19,979 bases of DNA from Flavobacteriales bacterium (GTDB lineage Bacteria > Bacteroidota > Bacteroidia > Palsa-965). Positions within the stretch are counted from its first letter, which is position 1, and each line of letters begins with the position of its first letter. Location: assembly GCA_040377305.1 (NCBI GenBank), contig JBEIPA010000049.1, positions 1-19,979 of the forward strand. Direction: 5' to 3'. The translations under genes and the position numbers were made by a program. The notes under the pieces were generated by a model, which made no database searches, had not been told where the DNA came from, and saw nothing but the letters and a program-made list of their open reading frames with translations. Shown one piece after another: positions 1 through 9,221 of this stretch.

Positions 1-235
1 AACCCTTGCACGGTGTCAATTGCAACTCCGAGCCGTTTTCAAACGTTTGTTCCCGACTAGTTTGGATATTTTTACATAGCATACGCGCGCGCATAACCCT
101 CCAAGGGCTTAACCCTTGCACGGTGTCAATTGCAACTCCGAGCCGTTTTCAAACGTTTGTTCCCGACTAGTTTGGATATTTTTACATAGCATACGCGCGC
201 GCATAACCCTGCAGGAGTTAAGCGCTTGCGTGGTT
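1..235. repeat. 110-bp-period tandem repeat with REP-like imperfect hairpins (truncated at window start)
   Basis: Bases 1-100 are repeated exactly at 111-210. Imperfect hairpins with 5-nt TTAA-containing loops lie at 96-124 (ACC.T.CAAGGG-CTTAA-CCCTTG.A.GGT) and 205-235; bases 1-14 are the right arm of a further copy. Confidence 0.9.
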
Positions 236-237
236 GG

Positions 238-1041
238 TTACCCACCCGACAACTCCTTTGACCGCTCACCAGCCCGAATTATTCCCTGCACCATCGTCTC
301 GTGCATCTTCCCGTCAGCAAAAACACTTAGTGCCGCTTCTGTAGTTCCACCTTTCGATGCTACGGTTTTGATCAGTTCATCCAATGGCTTTGCCTGATTA
401 CTGATCAATTGAAATGCACCGAGCATAGTTTGTTTCACGAGTGTAGAAGCAACAGCCTCCGTCATTCCCATTTCTTTGCCCGCAGCAACCATTGCGCGAA
501 CGATATAATAGAAATACGCAGGACCACTTCCGCTCAAGGCAGTAACTGCATTCAGCATGTTCTCATCTTCGAAGAATACGGTGCGACCTGTTGTCGATAA
601 CAGATTTTCCACGCGACGAATTTGTTCTACCGTCACTGATGTATGCGCAGAAAAACCCGTCATGCCCATTCCAACTTCTACCGGAGAATTTGGCATGGCA
701 CGAATGATGAAGACATGTGAAAGTTCATTCACCATTCTCTCAATGGTAATTCCGGCCATGATGGAAACGACAACTGCATCGGGTTTGATGAGGTCTTTGA
801 TTTTCGGGGCGAGTTCTGAAAAATCCTGAGGTTTTACGGCGATGATGATGAGATCACTTTCTTTAATCGCAGGATCAGTCACTACGCAAACGCGACCGGT
901 ATTCATGCGTGCGAGTTCATCGCGACGTGATTCGTTTTTTTCTGCGAGGAGGAGATTTTCTGTGCTTACGATGTTGTAACGGAGAAATGCGCGGGCGTAC
1001 ACGAGGCCCATGTTTCCACAACCGATGATGCTGACTTTCAT
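238..1041 (-). CDS. proC: Pyrroline-5-carboxylate reductase
   Basis: N-terminal Rossmann motif IIGCGNMG, plus AVKPQ, SIMAG, RAMPN, TALSGSGPAY and VASKGGTT, all typical of ProC; 267 aa. Confidence 0.97.
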   Translation of the reverse strand: MKVSIIGCGNMGLVYARAFLRYNIVSTENLLLAEKNESRRDELARMNTGRVCVVTDPAIKESDLIIIAVKPQDFSELAPKIKDLIKPDAVVVSIMAGITIERMVNELSHVFIIRAMPNSPVEVGMGMTGFSAHTSVTVEQIRRVENLLSTTGRTVFFEDENMLNAVTALSGSGPAYFYYIVRAMVAAGKEMGMTEAVASTLVKQTMLGAFQLISNQAKPLDELIKTVASKGGTTEAALSVFADGKMHETMVQGIIRAGERSKELSGG

Positions 1042-1045
1042 GAGG

Positions 1046-1053
1046 CAAAAGTA
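1046..1053 (-). promoter_or_regulatory. Bacteroidota -7 promoter element (TACTTTTG) for proC
   Basis: Exact match to TAnnTTTG on the minus strand, 4 nt upstream of the proC ATG. Confidence 0.65.
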
Positions 1054-1210
1054 GGGAGGAGGGAGGAGTTGGAGGAAGGAAAAGAAGAAGCGCTAAAAAT
1101 CTACAGCACTCACGTATCAATCAATTTGGTTTCGTTGCCACAAATCGTTGATTTGTAGGCTAATGAAGACTGGTTTTCATCTTCTCCCTCCCAACTCCTC
1201 CCTCCTCCCT
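1053..1210. repeat. 20-bp perfect inverted repeat of purine-rich heptamer-like units (MITE-like)
   Basis: AGGGAGGAGGGAGGAGTTGG (1053-1072) is the exact reverse complement of CCAACTCCTCCCTCCTCCCT (1191-1210). Confidence 0.8.
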
Positions 1211-1247
1211 GTTCAAAACTCGCAGGTAAAAACCCCATTTTCAGAAG

Positions 1248-1255
1248 TATTTTTG
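1248..1255 (+). promoter_or_regulatory. Bacteroidota -7 promoter element (TATTTTTG) for mutS
   Basis: Exact match to TAnnTTTG, 7 nt upstream of the mutS ATG. Confidence 0.65.
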
Positions 1256-1262
1256 AACCTCA

Positions 1263-3956
1263 ATGGCTAAGGGAAAAGCAGTGGTAAACGGTGTAGTAGA
1301 AACACCGCTGATGAAGCAGTACAACGCAATCAAGGCGAAATATCCTGACGCGTGTTTATTGTTTCGTGTGGGTGACTTCTACGAGACGTTTGGTGAAGAT
1401 GCTATTCGTGCTGCTGCGATTTTGGGAATCGTGTTGACGAAGCGGGCAAATGGCGCTGCAGCATATATTGAACTCGCCGGATTTCCGCATCACTCTTTGG
1501 ATACGTACTTGCCGAAATTAGTTCGTGCCGGATTGCGTGTTGCTATTTGCGATCAGCTCGAAGATCCGAAAATGGTGAAGGGAATTGTGAAGCGCGGAGT
1601 AACAGAACTGGTGACTCCCGGCGTTTCCTTCAACGACAAAGTACTCGATCACCGTTCGAATAATTTCCTTGCGTCGGTTTACACCGAAGGAAATGTTGCG
1701 GGCGTGGCCTTCCTCGATGTTTCGACAGGAGAGTTTCTCTGTGCGGAAGGAACACATGTTTACGTAGAAAAATTATTGCAGAATTTTCGTCCGGCAGAAG
1801 TTCTTTTTCAGAAGAGCAGAAAAACGGAAATCAATTCTTCATTTGGAACACAGCTTCATTTCTTCGGATTAGAAGATTGGGTGTTCACAACGGATTACGC
1901 CAACGAAAAAATATTGCGCCACTTCAATGTGCTTTCTCTAAAAGGATTTGGCGTTGATCATTTCACGTGCGGAATTATTGCAGCTGGTGCAGCGATTCAC
2001 TACCTCGCCGATACGCAACACGATAAAGTTCAGCACATCACTACGCTTTCACGACTGGAAGAAGATTCCTACGTGTGGTTGGATCGTTTCACCATTCGCA
2101 ACCTCGAGTTATTTGGCTCTGCGAATGAGCGTGCAAGAACATTGATTGATGTAATTGATCACACCACCACTGCAATGGGCGCACGATTGCTCAAGCGATG
2201 GGTGGCATTGCCTTTGAAAGATATTTCGCAGATCAATGAGCGACTAGATGCTGTGGAAGCATTGTGCGCATTCGACTCAGCTCACTCGGACAATGCAATT
2301 CTTGCTGATGCGCTTTACACGCAGCTACGCAACATTGGTGACCTTGAGCGTATTGTTGCAAAAGCTGCCGCGGGAAGAATTTCTCCTCGTGAAATTGTTC
2401 AGCTCAAACGTGCACTTGATGCGGCTGAGCCTGTGAAGGAAATGTGTCTGAGCACAGGAAAGCAAGGACTCATACACATCGGAGAAAAACTCGATTTGTG
2501 TGTTGCCTTGCGTGAACGAATCGGTCGCGAAGTGAATGAAGATGCTCCGGCATTGCTGAACAAGGGAAATGTAATTGCTGAAGGTGTGAATGCTGATCTC
2601 GATGAGCTTCGCAGTCTTGCTTATGCCGGAAAGGATTATCTGCTGCAGTTACAACAACGCGAAATTGAGCGGACGAAAATTCCTTCATTGAAAGTCGCAT
2701 TCAACAACGTGTTCGGATATTATCTCGAAGTTTCGAATGCGCACAAAGACAAAGTTCCGGTTGAATGGATTCGCAAGCAGACGCTCGTGAATGCGGAGCG
2801 TTACATTACTCCGGAGCTGAAGGAATACGAAGAGAAAATTCTTGGCGCCGAAGAAAAAATCGCGTCGATTGAATTTCGTTTATACAACGAACTCGTTGCT
2901 TCACTGGGAGAATGGGTTGTGAAGATTCAGGTGAATGCTGCACAGCTGGCGAAATTGGATTGTCTGCTTGGATTCTCACGTCTTGCGAAGAGACAGAGTT
3001 ATGTTCGTCCGCATGTGAACGATTCGTTGATCATCAATATCAAAGCAGGACGGCACCCGGTGATTGAACAGCAATTGCCCGAAGGAGATTCGTACATCGC
3101 CAATGATATTTACCTCGATCCCGCAGGTCAACAGGTTTTGATGATAACCGGTCCGAACATGTCGGGTAAATCGGCGTTGCTGCGTCAGACTGCTTTGATT
3201 GTATTGCTTGCGCAGATCGGTTGTTTCGTTCCTGCAACACACGCAGAAATCGGAATGGTCGACAAGATTTTCACGCGGGTAGGAGCGAGCGATAATATTT
3301 CTTCCGGTGAATCTACGTTCATGGTAGAGATGAATGAAACGGCGAGTATTCTGAACAATCTCACAGAGCGCAGTTTGATTCTTCTCGATGAAATCGGTCG
3401 CGGTACAAGTACGTACGACGGTATTTCCATTGCGTGGTCGATTGCAGAATTCATTCACGAACAACCGAAGGCAAGAGCAAAAACTTTGTTTGCAACACAC
3501 TATCACGAGTTGAATGAGATGTCGGAACAGTTTCCGCGCATCCGCAACTTCAATGTGAGTGTGAAGGAAGTGGGCAACAAGATCGTTTTCCTTCGCAAAC
3601 TTTCTCCTGGTGGAAGCGAGCACAGCTTTGGTATTCACGTAGCGCGTTTGGCCGGAATGCCGAAGCGTGTTGTGGAGAGAGCGGAAGATGTGTTGAAGCA
3701 GTTGGAGAAGAGTCATGCGGCTGAATTGCAGTCATCCCTCGGTACGACTGAATCTTCTGGACAAGCTGCTCCGCTGTTTAAGAAGTCTACCCGGTCTGAC
3801 AATTCTGATGAGGAAATGCAATTGAGTTTCTTCAAGCTGGATGATCCTGTTCTCGAGAACATTCGTGAGGAAATACTGAATACAGACATCAACAATCTCA
3901 CACCTGTTGAAGCGTTGATGAAGCTGAATGAGATTAAGAAGTTGTTAGGCAAATAG
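1263..3956 (+). CDS. mutS: DNA mismatch repair protein MutS (MutS1)
   Basis: TPLMKQY and [10 protein letters not shown] mismatch-binding motifs, Walker [18 protein letters not shown], Walker [21 protein letters not shown]; 897 aa. Confidence 0.99.
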   Translation: MAKGKAVVNGVVETPLMKQYNAIKAKYPDACLLFRVGDFYETFGEDAIRAAAILGIVLTKRANGAAAYIELAGFPHHSLDTYLPKLVRAGLRVAICDQLEDPKMVKGIVKRGVTELVTPGVSFNDKVLDHRSNNFLASVYTEGNVAGVAFLDVSTGEFLCAEGTHVYVEKLLQNFRPAEVLFQKSRKTEINSSFGTQLHFFGLEDWVFTTDYANEKILRHFNVLSLKGFGVDHFTCGIIAAGAAIHYLADTQHDKVQHITTLSRLEEDSYVWLDRFTIRNLELFGSANERARTLIDVIDHTTTAMGARLLKRWVALPLKDISQINERLDAVEALCAFDSAHSDNAILADALYTQLRNIGDLERIVAKAAAGRISPREIVQLKRALDAAEPVKEMCLSTGKQGLIHIGEKLDLCVALRERIGREVNEDAPALLNKGNVIAEGVNADLDELRSLAYAGKDYLLQLQQREIERTKIPSLKVAFNNVFGYYLEVSNAHKDKVPVEWIRKQTLVNAERYITPELKEYEEKILGAEEKIASIEFRLYNELVASLGEWVVKIQVNAAQLAKLDCLLGFSRLAKRQSYVRPHVNDSLIINIKAGRHPVIEQQLPEGDSYIANDIYLDPAGQQVLMITGPNMSGKSALLRQTALIVLLAQIGCFVPATHAEIGMVDKIFTRVGASDNISSGESTFMVEMNETASILNNLTERSLILLDEIGRGTSTYDGISIAWSIAEFIHEQPKARAKTLFATHYHELNEMSEQFPRIRNFNVSVKEVGNKIVFLRKLSPGGSEHSFGIHVARLAGMPKRVVERAEDVLKQLEKSHAAELQSSLGTTESSGQAAPLFKKSTRSDNSDEEMQLSFFKLDDPVLENIREEILNTDINNLTPVEALMKLNEIKKLLGK

Positions 3957-3959
3957 TAC

Positions 3960-3995
3960 GCGGATTCAGCGGATCAAGCGGATTTAATTGGATTT
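3960..3995. repeat. Short imperfect 9-bp tandem repeat (GCGGATTCA/GCGGATCAA/GCGGATTTA)
   Basis: Three in-phase 9-mers plus one degenerate unit immediately after the mutS stop. Confidence 0.55.
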
Positions 3996-4048
3996 TAATG
4001 TTTTGGAAATTAGCCACTTGCGGTTGATTTTAAGTCCCACAGTGTTCC

Positions 4049-4089
4049 GTAACCAAAGGGTTACATATATTTGTAACCGATCAGTTACA
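4049..4089 (+). promoter_or_regulatory. Double palindromic operator (GTAACC-N4-GGTTAC) flanking the -7 box TATATTTG; probable ArsR autoregulatory site
   Basis: GTAACCaaagGGTTAC at 4049-4064 and GTAACCgatcAGTTAC at 4073-4088, with TAnnTTTG at 4066-4073 between them, 20 nt upstream of the ArsR ATG. Confidence 0.8.
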
Positions 4090-4108
4090 TAATAATTGAC
4101 GGAACAAA

Positions 4109-4516
4109 ATGAGACGAGACGTATTTCAGGCGATTGCAGATCCGACACGCAGAGCGATTATCAATATGATTGCGAACGAGAGCATGAATCTGAATGCGGT
4201 TGCGGAGCGGTTTGATATCAGTCGTCCGGCGATTTCGAAGCACATTAAGATTTTGACGGAATGTGGATTGGTGACGATCAATGTGCAGGGACGCGAACAT
4301 TACTGTGAAGCGAGATTGGAGAAGTTGAATGAAGTGAATGAATGGGTTGCGCAGTACAAGAAGTTTTGGGAGGAGAAGTTTGATGCGTTGGAGTTGTATT
4401 TGCAGGAATTACAATCAAAATCTAAAACTCTAAACCAAGGTAGCGACTTTCTGAAGTCACACAGAACTTCGGGCAAAACGAGATCGTCTTCCCTAAAAAA
4501 AGGAAAGAAAAAGTAA
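4109..4516 (+). CDS. ArsR/SmtB-family winged-helix transcriptional repressor
   Basis: DVFQAIADPTRRAII, ISRPAISKHIKIL..CGLV, GREHY; the W..Y..FWE.KFDALE tail is typical of SRPBCC-associated ArsR proteins. Confidence 0.93.
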   Translation: MRRDVFQAIADPTRRAIINMIANESMNLNAVAERFDISRPAISKHIKILTECGLVTINVQGREHYCEARLEKLNEVNEWVAQYKKFWEEKFDALELYLQELQSKSKTLNQGSDFLKSHRTSGKTRSSSLKKGKKK

Positions 4517-4566
4517 TTTGGTAAGGCAAAGATCACTCATCTCAAGTACTACACATTCATCTAACC

Positions 4567-5043
4567 ATGAGCAACACAACATCACCAACTGCAGATCGCG
4601 AGATTGTTATTTCGCGCGTAGTGAATGCACCGCAAGCACTTGTATTCGAAGTGTGGACGAAGCCGGAACATCTTCAAAATTGGTGGGGTCCGAATGGATT
4701 TTCAATCACGACGCGTGAGGCGAATATCAGTGCAGGAGGATACTGGAAGTTTACGATGCACGGTCCTAATGGAGTGGATTATCCAACTGATGTGGTGTAT
4801 CATGAAGTGACACCGACAACGAAACTGCGTTACGCGGTGAGCGGAAAGGATCATCCGGAGCATTTGAATTTTAGTACGACAGTCACATTTGAAGAGACGG
4901 GTGAAGGGAAAACCACAGTAACGATGACTACACTCTTTCTTTCAAAAGAAGCTGTGGAGTTTGTGTTGCGAGAACATCACGCGAGGGAAGGTGGAGAGCA
5001 GACGATTGGAAAACTTGCGGAGTATGTTGAGAAGCTCAATTAG
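4567..5043 (+). CDS. SRPBCC (START/AHSA1-like) ligand-binding domain protein
   Basis: REIVISRVVNAP..LVFEVWTKPEHLQNWWGPNGF, GGYWKFTMHGPNG and a C-terminal helix GGEQTIGKLAEY. Confidence 0.9.
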   Translation: MSNTTSPTADREIVISRVVNAPQALVFEVWTKPEHLQNWWGPNGFSITTREANISAGGYWKFTMHGPNGVDYPTDVVYHEVTPTTKLRYAVSGKDHPEHLNFSTTVTFEETGEGKTTVTMTTLFLSKEAVEFVLREHHAREGGEQTIGKLAEYVEKLN

Positions 5044-5088
5044 TTAATGTGCGAATTGGTTAATTAGTTAATTGTTAATAATAGAAAT

Positions 5089-5586
5089 ATGAGCAAAGCA
5101 CCATTTACGATTTCAAGAACATTCAAAGCTCCACAAGCGCTGGTGTGGGAAGTTTACACAAAACCCGAACACCTGATGCACTGGTGGGGACCGAAAGGAT
5201 TGAAGATGAAACACGCAACTGTTGATCTGAAACCGGGAGGAATGTTTCTATACGGCATGGATTCACCAGACGGATCAGAAATGTGGGGACGATTTGTTTA
5301 CAAGGAAATTGATCCGATCAGCCGACTCACATTTGTGGTTTCGTTCTCAGACAAAGACGGTGGAATTACGCGTCACCCGATGGCACCCAACTGGCCCGCA
5401 GAGATGATGAACATTACGGAGTTCAGTGAGGAGAACGGAATGACCACCGTGAAGCTCACAGGTCATCCGATCAACTGTACGGATGATGAAGCACAGATAT
5501 ACTACGACAACTTTGCGAGTATGCAGGGCGGATTTAACGGAACATTCGATCAGCTCGATCAATATCTTGCAACACTTCATCCGTAA
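5089..5586 (+). CDS. SRPBCC (START/AHSA1-like) ligand-binding domain protein
   Basis: FTISRTFKAP..LVWEVYTKPEHLMHWWGPKG, DLKPGGMFLYGM, GFNGTFDQLDQYL. Confidence 0.9.
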   Translation: MSKAPFTISRTFKAPQALVWEVYTKPEHLMHWWGPKGLKMKHATVDLKPGGMFLYGMDSPDGSEMWGRFVYKEIDPISRLTFVVSFSDKDGGITRHPMAPNWPAEMMNITEFSEENGMTTVKLTGHPINCTDDEAQIYYDNFASMQGGFNGTFDQLDQYLATLHP

Positions 5587-5591
5587 TTGAT

Positions 5592-5981
5592 ATGACAGCG
5601 AAACAAATTAAAATACTCTACTGGATATTGAACGGACTCTTCGCTGTTGCGATGTTGTTTACCTGTATTGGCAGTATTATGGTTGATGAGCAAAGTATCA
5701 TGATCATTCACGATATACTTGGGTATCCGGAATATATTATACCACTTACTGGTTGGATGAAAGTGATTGGATGTATTATCATTCTTCTTCCGATCAGATC
5801 GCGGATTAAAGAATGGGCGTACGCCGGATTATTCATCGATCTGTTTCTTGCGTTGTATTCAATCGGAAAGGCGATGGGATTCTCAGGCGAGAGCTGGCCG
5901 TTGTTGATTTACGTATTACTTGCTTTAGGTGCATATTATTTCCACGTCAAAAAAGATCAACTCCATGGACAAGCCATTTGA
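5592..5981 (+). CDS. DoxX-like membrane protein
   Basis: Four hydrophobic segments; IYW..., LGYPEY and R.KEWAYAG.F motifs of the DoxX_2 family. Confidence 0.85.
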   Translation: MTAKQIKILYWILNGLFAVAMLFTCIGSIMVDEQSIMIIHDILGYPEYIIPLTGWMKVIGCIIILLPIRSRIKEWAYAGLFIDLFLALYSIGKAMGFSGESWPLLIYVLLALGAYYFHVKKDQLHGQAI

Positions 5982-6390
5982 AATTGAAAGAACATTTCCG
6001 GTTTCAGTTTCCCGCTTGTGGAATGCGCTGATTGATCCTGAAGAATTTAAGAACTGGTATTTTAAATTACCGGGCTTCAAAGCGGAAGTTGGTTATCAGT
6101 TCGAATTCATGGGAGGAACGCCCAGTGGAATTCAGTACCGTCATCTCTGCGAAGTAACAGAAGTGGAGAAAGAAAAGAAACTGGTGTATAGCTGGAGGTA
6201 TGATGGTTACGAGGGAATTTCCTACGTTACCTGGGAGTTATTCCCCGACGGAAACACAACCCGGCTGAAGCTCACACATGCCGGACTCGAAACATTTCCG
6301 AAATCGAATCCGGATCTGGCGAGGAAGAATTTTGAAGCGGGGTGGAGTGGAATTGTTGGGAAGTCGCTGGAGAATTATTTACAGAAGTAA
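5965..6390 (+). CDS. SRPBCC (START/AHSA1-like) domain protein
   Basis: Probable start is MDKPF at 5965 (17-nt overlap with doxX) rather than 5929; IERTF..SVSRLWNALIDP, WYF..FKAEVG, YSWRY.GY.G.S.VTWEL, LKLTH.GLETFP, F..GW. Confidence 0.88.
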   Translation: MDKPFEIERTFPVSVSRLWNALIDPEEFKNWYFKLPGFKAEVGYQFEFMGGTPSGIQYRHLCEVTEVEKEKKLVYSWRYDGYEGISYVTWELFPDGNTTRLKLTHAGLETFPKSNPDLARKNFEAGWSGIVGKSLENYLQK

Positions 6391-6405
6391 CAAACGATGG
6401 GACTA

Positions 6406-7236
6406 TTACTGGAGTTTTAGTCCCATCACTGTAATATCATCAGTTTGTGTCTGTTTCCCTTTCCACAACTGATGCTCCAGCTCTATATGCGTCTTCTGAT
6501 CTTTCATGTCCAGATGCTGAATTGATTGCAGCAAGGAGATGAAATGTTTACGCATGAATTTCTTGTTGTCTGCACCTCCGAATTGGTCCGTGTATCCATC
6601 GGAAAACATATAGATCATATCTCCGGATTGAAACGGTACCGACACTGAATCGAAGTAGCTGACATTTGGATTTGCAATGCCACCGATACTGTTCTTGGTT
6701 CCTTGCACGATATTCAATGAGCCATTCGTGAAGTGGAGCAACGGGCGGTTTGCCCCGGCAAATTCTAAGGTTTGTGCATCGTAATCAACCGTGCAAACCG
6801 CGATGTCCATGCCATCGTCGATGCCATGACCTTCTCGTCCTTGTTTGAACAATTTGCGCACTGCTTTGTCAAGACGCTGGAGTACTTGCGCCGGATTCGT
6901 GATACCATTGCACTTCACGATATCTTCAAGAATAGTGTAGCCCATGATTGAAACCATTGCACCTGGTATTCCATGTCCTGTGCAATCGGCTACTGCAACA
7001 ACTACTTTGCTGCCAAGTCGTGCATAACAATAAAAGTCGCCGCTCACAATGTCTTTCGGTTGGTAGATCACAAAGGAATCTTTGAACGAGGTGGTGAACA
7101 GCATTTCTGCAGGGAGCAATGCCTCCTGAATACGGCGTGCGTAGGTTACACTTTCCATGATAGCCAGTGGATTTTGAGTTTCTGTGCTGTTTGTTTGTGC
7201 AGCAACAGGGTTTTGATGGTGTAAAGCAGTGGTCAT
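6406..7236 (-). CDS. Stand-alone PP2C-family (SpoIIE/RsbU-like) Ser/Thr phosphatase
   Basis: YARRIQEALLP, PKDIVSGDFY, VADCTGHGIPGA, DGMDIA, FSDGYTDQFGG, QTDDI; no sensor or transmembrane domain. The -7 box TATGTTTG lies at 7262-7269 on the minus strand. Confidence 0.93.
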   Translation of the reverse strand: MTTALHHQNPVAAQTNSTETQNPLAIMESVTYARRIQEALLPAEMLFTTSFKDSFVIYQPKDIVSGDFYCYARLGSKVVVAVADCTGHGIPGAMVSIMGYTILEDIVKCNGITNPAQVLQRLDKAVRKLFKQGREGHGIDDGMDIAVCTVDYDAQTLEFAGANRPLLHFTNGSLNIVQGTKNSIGGIANPNVSYFDSVSVPFQSGDMIYMFSDGYTDQFGGADNKKFMRKHFISLLQSIQHLDMKDQKTHIELEHQLWKGKQTQTDDITVMGLKLQ

Positions 7237-7407
7237 TGGGGTTCTTGTTAGTTTGATGATGCAAACATAGGGCGCCTTTTTTGCCCCAATAATCGCGAAT
7301 TGACCCTACATCCACATGTGTAAGGTTTTGATGGAAATAGGAAAGCCCGATGTTGGCATCAGGACTCTATTTTCCTAGTTTTACAGCAATCTATAACCCC
7401 CGATTTC

Positions 7408-8808
7408 GTGATTAATATTAAGGAAGTAGTAAGCCAGCTCGATGCGGCAACTTATGCATCGCTGGAAGAAAAATTCAGGAAGAGCAAAGGCGATAAATAT
7501 TTGTCGCTGATGAAATCATATCGTGCGAATACAGGCGATGAAGAAATTGTTGAGGCACTTGGATTGAATTCCAATTCGTTCTATGTGCTTAAATCGCGCT
7601 TGTACGAGAAAATACAGGCGCATATTTCATCCAGTTCCACCACGTCGGATTCTAAAAGTGATGTTCTCGAAGTACTTCGTTCTATAGGTAAAGTTTGTTA
7701 CTCGGGTCCGCGGCATGTTTCGATAGCACATCTCGAGAAGCTGGAGAAGGATCTCATCAAGCAGGATTTGCACCATGAGCTTTTGCTGGTGTACAGTATC
7801 CTGAAAAAAATGCACGTTCGTACGGAGAAGTTTTTTCATTACTCGCAACTGTACAATAAGCATACGGCGTTTCTCCTTTCGGTGGAAAAGTCGGAAAGCA
7901 TTCTGGGCGATTTTAATCTCATTCTTACACAATACCTGTGTTCAAAAAGCACGCCGTTGCTGGATAGGCTCAAGTTTCTGCATCGTGAAATTCTAAATCA
8001 TGCAAGATTAAACTCTTCGAAACAGATTGAGCTGATAAGGAACATTCTCGAAGCTGAAATGTATATCTTCTGCGGAAGCGATAGTTTAGAAATTGACATC
8101 GAGGAAACGTTGAGCAATGCGCGTAAAAATCTTGAGGGACTTGCAGACTTTGCCTGGCAGAAGAATTGGGATGTGGTGATCGATTACCTTCACTTTGAAT
8201 ACTATCGTTCACATAATTCTACTAAAGCAAAACAGTTTTATGTGCAGGTGAATTCACATAGCGATCGTTTGCTTTTATTCAGTGATGTGTGCCCGGCGGC
8301 AAACTTCTTTTTATCGAAAGCTGTATTTGCAACGAAGGCGGGAGAAGATATTTCCAGTGACGCAGGCAAACAGTTCCTGAGCGATCCGCACGATGTTTAT
8401 TCGAAAGTGATACTGGGAATTTACCGCTCGGTACTTTCTTTTTCGAACAATCAGTTGAAGGAAGCGACGGGATCACTTAACGATGTAATGAATGAAAACA
8501 GCTTCAAGGATTTCTTCCACATTAATCTTGAGATAAAGCTTACACAGGTTTTTTATTACCTGCAGATGGGTGAAACAGATCTGGCCGAAGGATTGATCAA
8601 GAGTGTCTACAGAAAGATAAAATCGGAAGAGCTGAGAGAGTACGACCATGTTCTTGAACTGATTAAGCTGTATAATTTCATACTGGAAGATAAACACAGT
8701 GCGAAGCACAGCGATCAATTCACATTATTTGCAGCGAGGAACAAAGGCACACACGCCGTGCTGCAGCATTTACTGCCAACCCTGAATTCAAAATACAACC
8801 CCCAATGA
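7408..8808 (+). CDS. Hypothetical protein: N-terminal HTH-like segment followed by an alpha-helical (TPR-like) region
   Basis: 466-aa ORF with GTG start. DEEIVEALGLNSNSFYVLKSRLYEKI resembles a sigma-region-4/LuxR-type HTH; the remainder is Leu/Glu/Lys-rich and appears helical. The stop overlaps the next gene start (ATGA). Confidence 0.8.
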   Translation: MINIKEVVSQLDAATYASLEEKFRKSKGDKYLSLMKSYRANTGDEEIVEALGLNSNSFYVLKSRLYEKIQAHISSSSTTSDSKSDVLEVLRSIGKVCYSGPRHVSIAHLEKLEKDLIKQDLHHELLLVYSILKKMHVRTEKFFHYSQLYNKHTAFLLSVEKSESILGDFNLILTQYLCSKSTPLLDRLKFLHREILNHARLNSSKQIELIRNILEAEMYIFCGSDSLEIDIEETLSNARKNLEGLADFAWQKNWDVVIDYLHFEYYRSHNSTKAKQFYVQVNSHSDRLLLFSDVCPAANFFLSKAVFATKAGEDISSDAGKQFLSDPHDVYSKVILGIYRSVLSFSNNQLKEATGSLNDVMNENSFKDFFHINLEIKLTQVFYYLQMGETDLAEGLIKSVYRKIKSEELREYDHVLELIKLYNFILEDKHSAKHSDQFTLFAARNKGTHAVLQHLLPTLNSKYNPQ

Positions 8809-9221
8809 AGCGTAAAGACCCCACGTTTAAGTATCAGTTTGTGATGCTGATTGACGACAACGAACTCGATAATTTCGTCAATGAAAAAATGATTGAAGCC
8901 GGTCATTTTTCGGAGAAGATTTATGTGAACTCGAGCGGAGTGAGCGCATTCGAATTTCTGAAGAATCTTGCCGTTTCGGGTGTCAGCCCTGATGTAATTT
9001 ATCCGGAAGTAATCTTCATTGACATTAACATGCCGATTATGGATGGGTTTCAGTTCATTGAAAACCTCAGGGCACTTGCGGGGAATAAATTCGAAGCAAG
9101 CAAGCTTGTGATCCTTACATCGTCTGTGTTTTCCGAAGACCGTGAAAAGGCAAAAGCCATTGGAGGAGATATTACATTCTTCAACAAGCCACTCACATTA
9201 GAAATGCTGAGTGGAATTTAA
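8805..9221 (+). CDS. Single-domain response regulator (receiver domain only)
   Basis: VMLIDDNELD acidic pocket, IFIDINMPIMDG phospho-acceptor Asp, ILTSS and KPL; no output domain. Confidence 0.95.
   Translation: MKRKDPTFKYQFVMLIDDNELDNFVNEKMIEAGHFSEKIYVNSSGVSAFEFLKNLAVSGVSPDVIYPEVIFIDINMPIMDGFQFIENLRALAGNKFEASKLVILTSSVFSEDREKAKAIGGDITFFNKPLTLEMLSGI

Noticed and set aside
1-235. CRISPR array
   Set aside because: The sequences between hairpins are identical and ~80 bp long rather than unique spacers, the hairpins diverge, and no cas genes are in the window.
2976-3716. 246-aa minus-strand ORF
   Set aside because: Antisense shadow of mutS with no recognisable motifs; the same applies to the other short ORFs nested in proC, mutS, the kinase, the oxidase and the RND gene.
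4010-4027. Possible third ArsR operator (TAGCCACTTGCGGTTGA)
   Set aside because: Spacing and half-sites do not match the GTAACC-N4-GGTTAC pattern.
5044-5088. AATTGGTT/AATTAGTT/AATTGTT short repeats
   Set aside because: Low-complexity AT-rich spacer, too short and degenerate to support a call.
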